Shown here piece after piece: positions 21,098 to 31,378 of a DNA stretch of 64,000 nucleotides. Source of the DNA: Candidatus Bathyarchaeota archaeon. GTDB lineage: Archaea > Thermoproteota > Bathyarchaeia > Bathyarchaeales > Bathyarchaeaceae. The position numbers and the translations under genes are program-made. Location of the stretch: positions 1-64,000 of the forward strand of contig CAVOMX010000011.1 in assembly GCA_963697165.1 (NCBI GenBank). Direction: 5' to 3'. Below the pieces are notes generated by a model. It worked only from the letters and a program-made list of their open reading frames with translations. It ran no database searches and was not told the origin of the DNA. Numbering within the stretch: position 1 is the first letter of the stretch; each line of letters begins with the position of its first letter.

Positions 21098-22590
21098 AGG
21101 AATATAAGATTCTCAGGGAAACTTTCAGCGTTTGCCCAGTTTGCCTAAAAAAGATAAAAGCACAAGTCGCAGAAAAAGACGGAAAAGTTGTGATTCTAAA
21201 GGAGTGCAGCGAGCATGGAAGCTTCAATGACACCTACTGGTCTAGAGCAGACATTTACCATAAGGCTGAAGATTACAAAAAACCCTCTTCCAAACCGTTT
21301 CAGGACAACTGTCCTATGGGGTGTGGAGTAAAAGACTGCGCTAATCATGTGTCCACAACAGTCATGGCGGTAATCGACGTAACTAATGAGTGCGATTTAA
21401 GGTGCCCTATATGCTTCGCAAACGCATCAAAGCCACCTGATGTGTATAGACCAACTTTTGAAACCATTCATAATATGCTAAATTTTCTGAAGAAACAGGA
21501 TCTACCGCCTCTAGCGGTAATGTTTGCTGGTGGAGAACCCACAGTCCGCGAGGACATAGTTGAAATCGTGAAGATGGCTCATGAAATGAAATTCATGATT
21601 CTTCTGGCAACAAACGGCATTAGAATGTCTAATGACCCTGAATTGGTCAGGAAACTAAAGGAAGCAGGATTGAATATAGTGTATCTGCAGTTTGATGGAC
21701 TCACGGATTCACCCTACGAGAAACTGAGAAATGCAAAACTGCTTCCGAATAAGCTGCGGCTTGTTGAACTTTGCAGAGAACATGACATAGAAATTATTCT
21801 GGTTCCAACCCTGCAGGGCGGCATAAACGACAACGAAGTGGGAGATATGATCAGATTCGCCGCAGAAAATGTGGACATAATAAGGGGAATAGTTTTTCAG
21901 CCAATGTCATTTACTGGAAGAACCGCGGAGTATGTCTCTAGAAAAAACAGGATCGACAATTCGCTCCTTGCCCAGATAATTGAAGAACAGACCAAAGGGA
22001 TGATCAGTGAAGAGGACCTGTTTCCGGTTTCAGTAATGGTTCCTCCCCTGAAAGTTATGAACAGTTTCTTAGCTAAAACATGGCCCCCATTCACGCCAAC
22101 ACCCTATTGTGGACTATGGAACTGGATTTTAATTTCCAAACAAGGAAAAGAAAGGTTTACACCAATTAACCGTTTTCTAAATTTCGAAGCCTTCATGTCC
22201 GACCTGAAAGCCCTGAACAAGCTGATTGAGAAACGAAAAATCAGTAAAATCGGAATTTATCTAAGATTGCTCTTTGCTGCCTTTCGTTCATTAGATTGGA
22301 GAAAAGTGCAACGAGAAGCTGGTCTTCTGAATGCAGTTAAGACTTTGATTAGTATACATACTGACCCATCATACGATTCTCTTGGATACATCAGACGAAG
22401 ACTATTGTTAATTGGATGTATGGCATTCATGGATCCCTACACTTTCGATGTGGAACGGGCACACCACTGCGTCATTCACTACACAACTCCAGATAACCGA
22501 ATCATACCATTCTGCGTATACAACATGTTCTACCGAAAGCAAATAGAAAAACAATTCAGTACCCCACAAATCAGCACCAAACACAAATAG
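21094..22590 (+). CDS. Tetraether lipid synthase (Tes/GDGT-MAS, MJ0619-family) homologue, radical SAM
   Basis: SVCPVC...CSEHG rubredoxin-like start, CPxxC..CxxH, IDVTNECDLRCPICFANA, YLQFDG, CMxFMDxYxFD, CVIHY.TPD.RIIPFC. Confidence 0.85.
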   Translation: MKEYKILRETFSVCPVCLKKIKAQVAEKDGKVVILKECSEHGSFNDTYWSRADIYHKAEDYKKPSSKPFQDNCPMGCGVKDCANHVSTTVMAVIDVTNECDLRCPICFANASKPPDVYRPTFETIHNMLNFLKKQDLPPLAVMFAGGEPTVREDIVEIVKMAHEMKFMILLATNGIRMSNDPELVRKLKEAGLNIVYLQFDGLTDSPYEKLRNAKLLPNKLRLVELCREHDIEIILVPTLQGGINDNEVGDMIRFAAENVDIIRGIVFQPMSFTGRTAEYVSRKNRIDNSLLAQIIEEQTKGMISEEDLFPVSVMVPPLKVMNSFLAKTWPPFTPTPYCGLWNWILISKQGKERFTPINRFLNFEAFMSDLKALNKLIEKRKISKIGIYLRLLFAAFRSLDWRKVQREAGLLNAVKTLISIHTDPSYDSLGYIRRRLLLIGCMAFMDPYTFDVERAHHCVIHYTTPDNRIIPFCVYNMFYRKQIEKQFSTPQISTKHK

Positions 22591-22598
22591 TTCCCCGA

Positions 22599-22619
22599 TT
22601 TTTTGCGGAAATATTCCGC
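22599..22619. terminator. Possible terminator between convergent genes
   Basis: T6 run then GCGGAA-ATA-TTCCGC hairpin, 8 nt after the Tes stop. Confidence 0.3.
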
Positions 22620-22701
22620 TTCCTATTTGTTTAGGGTCATGAATCAAAGGGGAATTCCCAGCATTTGGTCCACCAGTTCTTTTTAGCAAGATACCTTTTG
22701 T

Positions 22702-24142
22702 TTATGTAAGAAGTTTGTAGTAGTGTTCAATCAGGTGATGGTAATGTTCCGGGGGCATGAGGGAACGGAATGCTCTATCAACAACTTCGCTCAGAGCAGG
22801 ATGAATGTGCATAGAATCAAGTATGGGTTTTGGGCTTTGTTCCGCGGTGTACATTAACGGTATGATTTCGTGGATTAGAACAGAAGCGTACGGTCCTATG
22901 ATGTGGGCTCCAAGAATCTTGAGTGTGCCCCGTTCAACAATAATTTTAACGAAATAGTCTTTTGCATCCATGGCTTCTCCTTTTGCCGTATCCTCGTATC
23001 TGTGAAATCCAATTAACAACTTATCCGCTCCATGTTTTTCTATCGCCTCTTTTTCTCCTAGTCCAACTGATGCAATCTCGGGGTAAGTGAAAACGGCGTG
23101 GGGCACCGCATGGTAATCTGCCTTCACATTTCTCTTCAACACCGCATTATAGTATACGATAGCTGATTCGTAGTTAGCTACATGTTTGAAGGGATAGTTG
23201 CCGTTGGCGTCTCCGAGAGCCCAAACGTTAGGCTGAGAAGTCTCCAAATACTCGTTAACGACAATCCATCCATGGCTGTCAGTTTCTATTCCACCTTTTT
23301 TGGGGTTGAGTATGTCTGAGAGGGGCGCTCTTCCGGTGGCAATCAATAGTTCGTCTGCGGTTACCTCTAACTTTTCTTTGGTCTCTCGGTTGACGGCAAC
23401 TAGCATTTTCTTGCCCTTTGAGGTCAATTTTGCCTCCTGAACGTCATGGTTAGTATATATTGTCACATGTTTTCCAAGTTCTCTATTGGCTAATGCCGAA
23501 ACCTCAGGTTCTTCTTCGGGTATAAACTGGGGATTTCTGCCGATAACTGTGACCTTTGCACCCATAGATGCGAGAAAGTGACTGTATTCTGCGGCTATGT
23601 ATCCGCCGCCTACGATTATAACGCTCTTGGGCAGTTCATTTATCGTAATGATTGTGTCGCTTGTAAGGTAACCAGTTTTCTCGATTCCCATTTATGGCGG
23701 GTATAGCGACTTTCGATCCTGTGCCCAGAACAATCATCTTAGCGGTGATGGTTTCTTTGCCAACCTTCAGCGTGTATGGAGCAACAAACTCTGCAGGTTC
23801 ATGATAGTAATCTACATGTTTGGATTGAGAAAGCCCTTTGCGGATATTGTTTATGTCATTGTAGATTATGGTTCTCATTCTTTCCATGACAGTCTTGAAG
23901 TCCACATTTTTTATTTCAGAGTCGATTCCAAACGTTCTTGCCTTTTCAATTGTTCTCACCAACTCCGCGGGGTAAAGAAGAAGCTTAGAGGGGATACAGC
24001 CCCTTGTTAAGCAGATGCCGCCCGGTTCATCCTTGTCTATGACAGCTGCTTTGATCTTAGGGTTCTCGCCAATCATTGCTTCCACAATACTCATTGCAGA
24101 ACCCGTGCCTATAGAAATTAAATCGTATTGTTTCATATACAA
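22702..24142 (-). CDS. Dihydrolipoyl dehydrogenase-like pyridine nucleotide-disulfide oxidoreductase; +1 frameshift at ~23688
   Basis: GGICLTRGCIPSK, GGGYIAAE, WALGD, HIHPALSE. Confidence 0.88.
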
Positions 24143-24226
24143 AGCCTCTAGAATACACTAATTTAACATGGAATAGGCTTAAATTAATTCCTTAAAGGAC
24201 ACAAGATACCCTTGGAACTTGCACGT

Positions 24227-24493
24227 CTAGTGTTCTTCGTTTTCCTCAGATATGTGGTGCGCCACGTGAATACCTAACACAGTTGCAGAGCCTGCGGCGA
24301 CACCAAGCAGCAATTGAGTAAGCATTTCATTTTGGTAAAACAGGGCAAAAACTGCAAATGCATCAAAGACCAGCGCTACAACCAGATATTGATAACACCA
24401 GCCTTTCATACTTGTTCCACCAGTAGGGTCGTTGATGCCAACAAGTAACATCAAAACAAAGAGCACCACAAAACCAATCAAAAAATAAATCAA
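24227..24493 (-). CDS. Small three-TM membrane protein
   Basis: Hydrophobic segments; GGTGA RBS before the TTG start. Confidence 0.6.
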   Translation of the reverse strand: MIYFLIGFVVLFVLMLLVGINDPTGGTSMKGWCYQYLVVALVFDAFAVFALFYQNEMLTQLLLGVAAGSATVLGIHVAHHISEENEEH

Positions 24494-24797
24494 GTATTTT
24501 CACCAATGTCTGTTTTACACAATTACTAGAGAAACGGTTTTGGCGTGGAATCACATATAAACTTTGCCAAACTGCACTCTTCAGAGTGTTGACAAAAAAA
24601 GGCGTGCATATTTATAGACCAGACGCGGTGCAGGCAGAAGATTTTAAAAGTTGCAAAACATTAAAACAGGAAAACACTCCACAAGAGACAACAAAAGGAA
24701 TTCTCACAAAGCATGGAGGAAAATCAGTCGACAATTCCTTGGGTTACGCCATTAAGAAGCTTGGTTAAAAAATGAAAGACGGAGAAATCAAAAAAGA

Positions 24798-26086
24798 ATG
24801 ACAAAAAAACACACTGAAAGGTCAGCTGTTTACGAAAAAACAATGCACTGGCCACCTTTCACGTATCGAGACTATCCTGAAGTTGCACCTGAGACACTCC
24901 AAGCATTCATGGACATGTTAGGAACCGAGAATACCAGCAGAGAAAAGAAAGAATTGCAGCCATGGATCCCTTTCTGCAGCCTAAAGTGTAACTTCTGTTA
25001 TTTCCCAACAGAACTGATGTCTAACAACCAAATGGGAAAATACATTGCTGCGATGAAAAAATCTCTTAAAATGTATTCGGAAACAGAATACATTAAGACA
25101 AGCGAGTTCTCCGAGATATACTTGGCAGGTGGAACCCCAAGCATCATGTCCACTGAACAGACAATTGAGCTTTTAGTGTTCTGTGAAAAAAACTTTGACG
25201 TAAGTGAGGATTGCGAAATTAAAGTGACAGGTTGCACTCACGATTTTGACTACAAAAAACTTGAGGCGCTTTCAGAGTATGGAGTAGCCCAACTGGATTT
25301 GGGGATACAGACCTTTGACGACGATGTCCGAAGGCTTGTTAATCTGACGGGATAAGGCAAGAAACGCTGAGGAAACAATCAAGACTGCACATAAGCTGGG
25401 ACTTCGTGTAAGCATTGATTTAATGTATAATCTTCCCGGACAGAATTTGAAAGTCTGGAGCAGAGACATTCAAAGAGCCCTAGAGTTGGATGTGGAAAGC
25501 GCCGACTGTTATGCCTTGGACGTTTATCCTGGAACTAAGCTATCTCAACAGCTTCAGTCTGGAGATTTACCTCCGATGGGAGACCAAGAGGCTGAAACAG
25601 AGATGTACCTTGAAGCTAGTAGTACCTTCAAGTCGGCAGGATACGAAAAGACTTGCCACAACCGATTCTCCAGAATACCAGAAGACTTCCAAGAACCATG
25701 CATGGAAATCCTTGGCACAGGTGCAGGTTTCTTCATGGGGAACCTAGGAAAATTCTCTTATGTGGACATTGAACCTTCCAAAGCGTATATTGACGCCGTC
25801 AACCATGGAAAGTTTCCCATATCAAAACTTTCGATGGCCTCGAATGATGATGACTATGAGGAAGATGATGATGCGGCTGTATATTCGCCTGCCCGTCAAT
25901 AAACAGGAGTTCAAAAGTCGCTTCGGAAAATTGCCAGAAGAAGCTTTTGAAAATACAATCAATAGACTAGTAAATAAGGAACTGATTGAGGTTGATGATC
26001 AGGAGATAAGGTTGACCAAGTTGGGTGACGTGTGGAGAATCAATGTCTGTTGGGAGTTTTCTTGCCCACCAGAAGAAAAACAATGA
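24798..26086 (+). CDS. HemN-like (class C) radical SAM protein, copy 1; two +1 frameshifts (~25347, ~25852)
   Basis: PFCSLKCNFCYF, GGTPS, GIQTFDD, DLMYNLPGQ, HemN-like C-terminus; colinear with intact paralogue at 35262. Confidence 0.85.
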
Positions 26087-26101
26087 GTTAATCAGCGGGG
26101 G

Positions 26102-26941
26102 TTGATGGTGAAGGCGTTAAGGATCTTTAGGGGATTGATGGCTTTTCTCACAGCTATCCCCGTGAAGATGGATGAGAGCTTTTTGGATATCTCCGCTCGC
26201 TACATGTTCCTGTTTCCGGTGATAGGAGCTTTGATCGGAGTTCTTGTCGGCGTATACGCTCGCTTCACAAACACTGTTTTGTTTCTTCTCTTCGGTGCCA
26301 TAAACAATGTAGTCTTTTCAGGCGCCCACGAAGTTTTTTTTGATTTTGTAGCCAAGGGACTGGCAAGTGCCATGACTATCGCGTTTCTTCTTGTTGTTAT
26401 AGGGCTTCAGCACACAGACGGGTTAGTTGATGTGGGCAATGCTTTAGGCATAAGAAAGGCGTCTCTTAAAGAGAAAGTGGATATTGCTCATGTGTGGACG
26501 GTTACCAGAACAGGAGCATTTCTTGCCATCCTCGTTTCCTTCTTTACTTTTTTGATTATTTTCTTGACAAACACTGATGTTGTCATTCAGTCACTCATAG
26601 TTGCCGAGATTTCAGCGAAACTGGCAATGGTTACTACTGGCTGGCAAGGCACATCCCCGCCGCCCCGCTTCTATGAAAACAGGTGGGAAAAGGGAAGGAG
26701 CTTCATTGATTCCATTAAAAACAAACATGGACGATACGCGATTTCATTAATTATCTCGTTTTCTGTCAGCGTTGTCTTGTTTGGTTTCAGTGGCGTTTTT
26801 GCGGTAGCGGCTGGAATACTGGTGGGCAGCTTAATGATATTTGTGGGCAAGCAGGTTTTTGGGGGAGTAAATGGGGATGTATTCGGCGCCACTAACGAGA
26901 TAGCTAGAATGGTTGTGTTATTTGTGCTGCTGGTGATTTGA
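26102..26941 (+). CDS. cobS: Adenosylcobinamide-GDP ribazoletransferase (cobamide synthase)
   Basis: FLTAIP, FPVIG, GLQHTDGLVD, GGVNGDVFGATNE. Confidence 0.92.
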   Translation: MMVKALRIFRGLMAFLTAIPVKMDESFLDISARYMFLFPVIGALIGVLVGVYARFTNTVLFLLFGAINNVVFSGAHEVFFDFVAKGLASAMTIAFLLVVIGLQHTDGLVDVGNALGIRKASLKEKVDIAHVWTVTRTGAFLAILVSFFTFLIIFLTNTDVVIQSLIVAEISAKLAMVTTGWQGTSPPPRFYENRWEKGRSFIDSIKNKHGRYAISLIISFSVSVVLFGFSGVFAVAAGILVGSLMIFVGKQVFGGVNGDVFGATNEIARMVVLFVLLVI

Positions 26942-27579
26942 GAATGCACATCGTAGCGTTGATTATGGCGGGGGGAAAAGGAACACGTTTCGGCGGCGAC
27001 ACAGAAAAGCCGATGGCACAGTTCATGGGCAAGCCCCTCATACGAAGAGTTATTGAAGCCACCAAGGAATCCGAAAGAATCACAGAAACTTATGTGACGG
27101 TAACATCTTACAGTCCAAAAACAGCACAGGAGGCAAAGAAGGCATCCGTGAAGGTTATTGAAACTGACGGAAAAGGATACCATGAGGACATCCAACAGGC
27201 AATCAAGGATGCTAACTTGTCGTGTCCGGTCTTGCTTATTTCAGCGGACCTTCCTCTTCTGAATGGAGAGTTTCTGGATGAAATAATCAACAAATACAGG
27301 AAGTCGGGCAAGCCCGCCTTGACCGTTATTATTCCTGAAGAGGCTTTCCGTAAGTATGGGTTGTCAGCTGTTTCTCTTTATGAACATAAGGGAAAGATGT
27401 ATGCGGTTTCTGGAATCAACATAATGGATGGACAACAAATCTCGGAGGAGCAGGAGCAAGAAGTTGTTGTAAGCAGTAGACCTGAAGCTGTTTTCACAGT
27501 GAATTCCCTCAAAGATTTGGAGGCAGCAAAAAATTATCTGCTGCACATTAAGGGAGATTCTAAACGAAACAAGGATTAA
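26938..27579 (+). CDS. cobY: GTP:adenosylcobinamide-phosphate guanylyltransferase (archaeal)
   Basis: ALIMAGGKGTR...EKP, GKGYHED, SADLP, GINI; overlaps cobS by 4 nt. Confidence 0.85.
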   Translation: MRMHIVALIMAGGKGTRFGGDTEKPMAQFMGKPLIRRVIEATKESERITETYVTVTSYSPKTAQEAKKASVKVIETDGKGYHEDIQQAIKDANLSCPVLLISADLPLLNGEFLDEIINKYRKSGKPALTVIIPEEAFRKYGLSAVSLYEHKGKMYAVSGINIMDGQQISEEQEQEVVVSSRPEAVFTVNSLKDLEAAKNYLLHIKGDSKRNKD

Positions 27580-27586
27580 GAAAAGA

Positions 27587-28726
27587 CTATTTTTTGTTGC
27601 CTAACGACTTTAGTTGTTCTATCAGTTTTTTGTTTTCTTCTGGTCGCCTAACTGTTACTCTGAAGAATCTGTTATTTAATCCATCGAAGTCTTTGCAGTC
27701 TCTGATAAGTAGCCCATTTTTGGCAAGCCCTTCTTTGATTTGTGATGATGTTAAGTCTCCTTGGACTATCTCAACAAGCAGAAAGTTGGTTTCTGACGGA
27801 TACACCTTCAGCCAAGGAATAGCCTTGAACATCTCCCACATCTCTCTTCTACTATTTGAGACAAGAAGCCGAGACTTTTTGATGAAATCGACGTCCTTAA
27901 CTGCTGCCTCAGTAGCAAACATAGCTAAACTGTTTACGCTCCAAGGCATCTGTACATTCTTCAGAAAATTGACAAGTTCAGGAGAGCCTATGCCAAAACC
28001 GATTCTGACACCCGCTAAACCAAAGAATTTTGTTAATGACCTGAGAACAAACAGGTTGTTGTATTCTTTAACATACTCAGCCATAGAATACCGTTTGCCG
28101 TCGTCAACGAAATCAATGTAATCCTCGTCAAGAAACACAAGAACATCCCTTTCTGCAGCAAACTTGATAATTCGTAGAAGGTCTGCTTTTTCATAAAGCA
28201 CTCCGGTTGGACTGTTAGGATTGCAGAGAAAAATGATTCTAGTTTTCTTTGAGATTGACCTTTCCAGTTCTTCGACGTTTAGCTGAAAATTCTTTTTTGA
28301 ATCACATTTTAGGAAGGTCATGTTGCCGCCGAATCGTTCTATGGCTGCCTTGTATTCGCTAAAGGACGGAACTGGAATAACAGCCTCGTATCCGTCCTCA
28401 AGGAAAACCTCATTGAACAGATAAATCAATTCGGTAGAGCCGTTGCCCACTATCACATTGTTAGGCTCTACACAAGCAGATTTTGCAAGAGCCACAAGAA
28501 GCCACTCAGGATCGGGGTCAGGGTAATGTTTTATCAAGTTGAGGTGCCCACGAATGCTTTCCATGGCGGTTTCGGGTGCACCAAAAGGGTTGGTGGAAAT
28601 ACTGAAGTCAATCATCTCTTCTACGGGAATGCCGTATTTTTCTGAAAATTCCCAAACGTTTCCGCCGTGAAAGTAGGGAGTCAGAGTTCTAAGGGATTTC
28701 TTAACAAGTTTGGAAACGTCTACCAT
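27587..28726 (-). CDS. cobD: L-threonine-O-3-phosphate decarboxylase (PLP, HisC-like)
   Basis: HGGN, DFSISTNP, YPDP, GNGSTELI, SLTKFFGLAGVRIG; adjacent to cobS/cobY. Confidence 0.85.
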   Translation of the reverse strand: MVDVSKLVKKSLRTLTPYFHGGNVWEFSEKYGIPVEEMIDFSISTNPFGAPETAMESIRGHLNLIKHYPDPDPEWLLVALAKSACVEPNNVIVGNGSTELIYLFNEVFLEDGYEAVIPVPSFSEYKAAIERFGGNMTFLKCDSKKNFQLNVEELERSISKKTRIIFLCNPNSPTGVLYEKADLLRIIKFAAERDVLVFLDEDYIDFVDDGKRYSMAEYVKEYNNLFVLRSLTKFFGLAGVRIGFGIGSPELVNFLKNVQMPWSVNSLAMFATEAAVKDVDFIKKSRLLVSNSRREMWEMFKAIPWLKVYPSETNFLLVEIVQGDLTSSQIKEGLAKNGLLIRDCKDFDGLNNRFFRVTVRRPEENKKLIEQLKSLGNKK

Positions 28727-28800
28727 AATTTGGCTTCCTTTTCGGGTTTTCAGACTTTATTGTTCAGACGGATATAAAAATTAACAGCCAAAAAAAGGCG

Positions 28801-29424
28801 TTAACTGGCTTTTTGGTCGAGTTCCGTCAGGAAACGAAGTAGTTCATCTTCGATCATCCATTGCATATGGAAGTGAGTGTTGTAGTCATTGAAGATTCGG
28901 TAGAGCCAGTAGGCGGCTGCTAAACCAAACGTTACAACACTTAGAACAAGATACTTGTCCAGCGGGAAGCTCGGTGAAGTCACAAAACCTTGAATTTTCA
29001 GGGGCACTTTCGAATCTTCTGCCAAAGTGTTTACTTCAGCCAGAAAATCATGCTCGTGCTCTTCGTGCTTCTGAAGGTCACTCTTCAGAAAATGGAAAAC
29101 GTAAAAGGCGGGGACAATCAGAATGGTGGAAAGAGTCCATGCCTTCGCGTTTCTGGACGAGACACGATTCTTTGGTTTCGAAGAGTCTGATGTAACATTT
29201 TCTGGGCTGAATGATTTTTTCAGCTTGTTTAAGATTATTTCTTCCAGTTTTTCTTGTCTTGAGAAGTGAGCGTTTCTTCTTTTGATCAGATAATATATCA
29301 TTGGAAACCAAGCTACGCCGAAACTAGCTACTGAGAGAACAACCCACATGGAGAACCACAGGATTTTGTCTGTTTCTTTTCGGGAGTTGATGTTTTGTTC
29401 GATTTCCAGCAGAGTTTGCTTCAC
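28801..29424 (-). CDS. DUF4234-like membrane protein
   Basis: Internally repeated L(S)VxxFG...Y units, RRNAHF and DYNTHF. Confidence 0.55.
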   Translation of the reverse strand: MKQTLLEIEQNINSRKETDKILWFSMWVVLSVASFGVAWFPMIYYLIKRRNAHFSRQEKLEEIILNKLKKSFSPENVTSDSSKPKNRVSSRNAKAWTLSTILIVPAFYVFHFLKSDLQKHEEHEHDFLAEVNTLAEDSKVPLKIQGFVTSPSFPLDKYLVLSVVTFGLAAAYWLYRIFNDYNTHFHMQWMIEDELLRFLTELDQKAS

Positions 29425-29582
29425 TTTGGTTTCGTCTCTCCATCAAGGAGTGCAATAATTCTTGTTGCACAGTATTGTAGAACTACATCAAACACATTTA
29501 ATATAAAAGTTAGACCATCAATCCCGAATGCGAAAAGATTGGCAAACTATATAATTCATGAAGTGGACATCTCTCAAATACG

Positions 29583-30299
29583 ATGGCAAAAAGTAAGGAA
29601 GATGGGAAACGAAAAGTTTTCGTCTCTGTCATAATTCCAGTCTTCAATGAAGAAGCAACCGTAGGGGACATAGTTAATCGAACAAAGAAAACACTGGAAA
29701 AACTGGGATCCACATATGAAGTTCTGGTTGTCGATGATGGTTCAGATGACCGGTCAGCAGATATAGCACAAGAGCAAAAAGCCCAAGTTCTAAGATACAC
29801 ACATCAGGGGAAAGGTTTTGCTCTCAGGTCTGGCTTCAGACAAGCTAAAGGCGAACTAGTAGTTACCTTGGATGCAGATGGTTCCCATAAGCCAGAAGAG
29901 ATACCTTTGGTTCTGCGACACTTAACTGAAGACAGAGCAGACTTTGTAATAGGATCAAGATTCGCTAACTCTGAAGCAAACAAAACCAAAATTTCGAAAA
30001 TAAACAGGACAGGAAACAGACTATTCAACAATCTGACAGGATATCTTACTGGCGTGAAAATCTCTGACACCCAATCAGGCTTTAGAGCAATCCGAGCCTC
30101 ACTAATAAAAAAGATGAAGTTAACGTCCCACGGCTACGAGGTGGAATCCGAGATGCTTGTTAAGGCGTTGAGGATAGGCGCAAGAGTCAAAGAGACTCCC
30201 ATAAGTTTTGATCAGAGAACCGTGGGAAACTCTAAACTTGACCCCCTAAGAGACGGCACAAGAATACTTTATGCCATAATAGCATCCTATTTATCATAA
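29583..30299 (+). CDS. Glycosyltransferase family 2 (DPM1-like)
   Basis: VSVIIPVFNE, VDDGSDD, DADGSH, DTQSGFRA. Confidence 0.92.
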   Translation: MAKSKEDGKRKVFVSVIIPVFNEEATVGDIVNRTKKTLEKLGSTYEVLVVDDGSDDRSADIAQEQKAQVLRYTHQGKGFALRSGFRQAKGELVVTLDADGSHKPEEIPLVLRHLTEDRADFVIGSRFANSEANKTKISKINRTGNRLFNNLTGYLTGVKISDTQSGFRAIRASLIKKMKLTSHGYEVESEMLVKALRIGARVKETPISFDQRTVGNSKLDPLRDGTRILYAIIASYLS

Positions 30300-30354
30300 C
30301 AGATTACGTTAGTATTCATGGATCGATTACAAAACATGAACAAGGGGCAGCCAC

Positions 30355-31378
30355 TTGAAAAACAAAGCATCCAGAGAAGAGGATTCACTTCCAGGAGTCA
30401 GCATAATAGTAACCACATTTAATAGTGAACCAACCATAGATGAGTGCCTCCGCTCGATTCTGGAACTGGACTACCCCAAACAATTACTTGAAGTAATCGT
30501 GATCGATGGAGGCTCAACAGACGCAACAACAGAACGCGCCAAAGCGTATCCTGTTAAACTGGTTTATAGCAAGCTTAATCCTCCGGCTGCTTACAACCTC
30601 GTTTTGAAGAATGTAGAAAACGAAGTAATAGGGTTGATTGATTCTGACGCAAAAGTGGAAAAAGACTGGCTCATGAAGCTCGTCAAACGTTTAGATAATT
30701 CTGAGGTTGCAGGAGCAAGCGGAACAGTGGAAACATGGAACAGTGATAGTCTGGTTCCAAGAGCCATAGGCTACGAACTCAATTACAGGTATCTACGACT
30801 TCCCAATACGATTGAGAGAGTGGCGACGATGAACCTGTTACTGAAGAAGAAAGTGATCATGGAAATCGGCGGTTTTGACGAGGCTCTTTCAACCCAATAT
30901 GACACAGATATAGGAGCAAGACTAACCAAGGCAGGCTATAGGATAGCATTTGACTCTGAAGCAAAATGTTACCATTTTCATCGTCCCACGCTGCGAACGT
31001 TTTTCAAACAGCAGTACAAGTATGGTCAGAACACTTGGAAGCTATACTTCAAGCATCCGCAGCTGGCTAAGGGCGACAAAATAACGGACGGGTGGATGAA
31101 CATACAGCCCATACTATATGGGATTGCAGCCATTATACTTGTCACGAGCATAGTGCACCAACTTTAATATTATACCATCTTCAATTTTTCTAGCCATAGT
31201 TACCATAACAATAGTACATTACACAGTTTCAGCGGCAAGAATCTCATACATTTTCCACGACCCAACAGCAATGTACCTCATCATAATCTATTTCACCAGA
31301 GCCGTTGCGTGGACAATAGGAGGAACAACATCTTTAATCCACACAGCATTAACAGGAGGAGAGGACCAGAAAACTTGA
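30355..31378 (+). CDS. Glycosyltransferase family 2 with C-terminal TMs; +1 frameshift at ~31156
   Basis: IDGGSTD, DSD, GGFDE; shifted frame continues through TM helices to TGA 31378, overlapping the next start. Confidence 0.85.

Noticed and set aside
25840..25902. Acidic tail NDDDYEEDDD on the ORF-track protein 25423..25902
   Set aside because: Out-of-frame read after a +1 indel; the correct frame (TMRKMMMRLY) matches the paralogue
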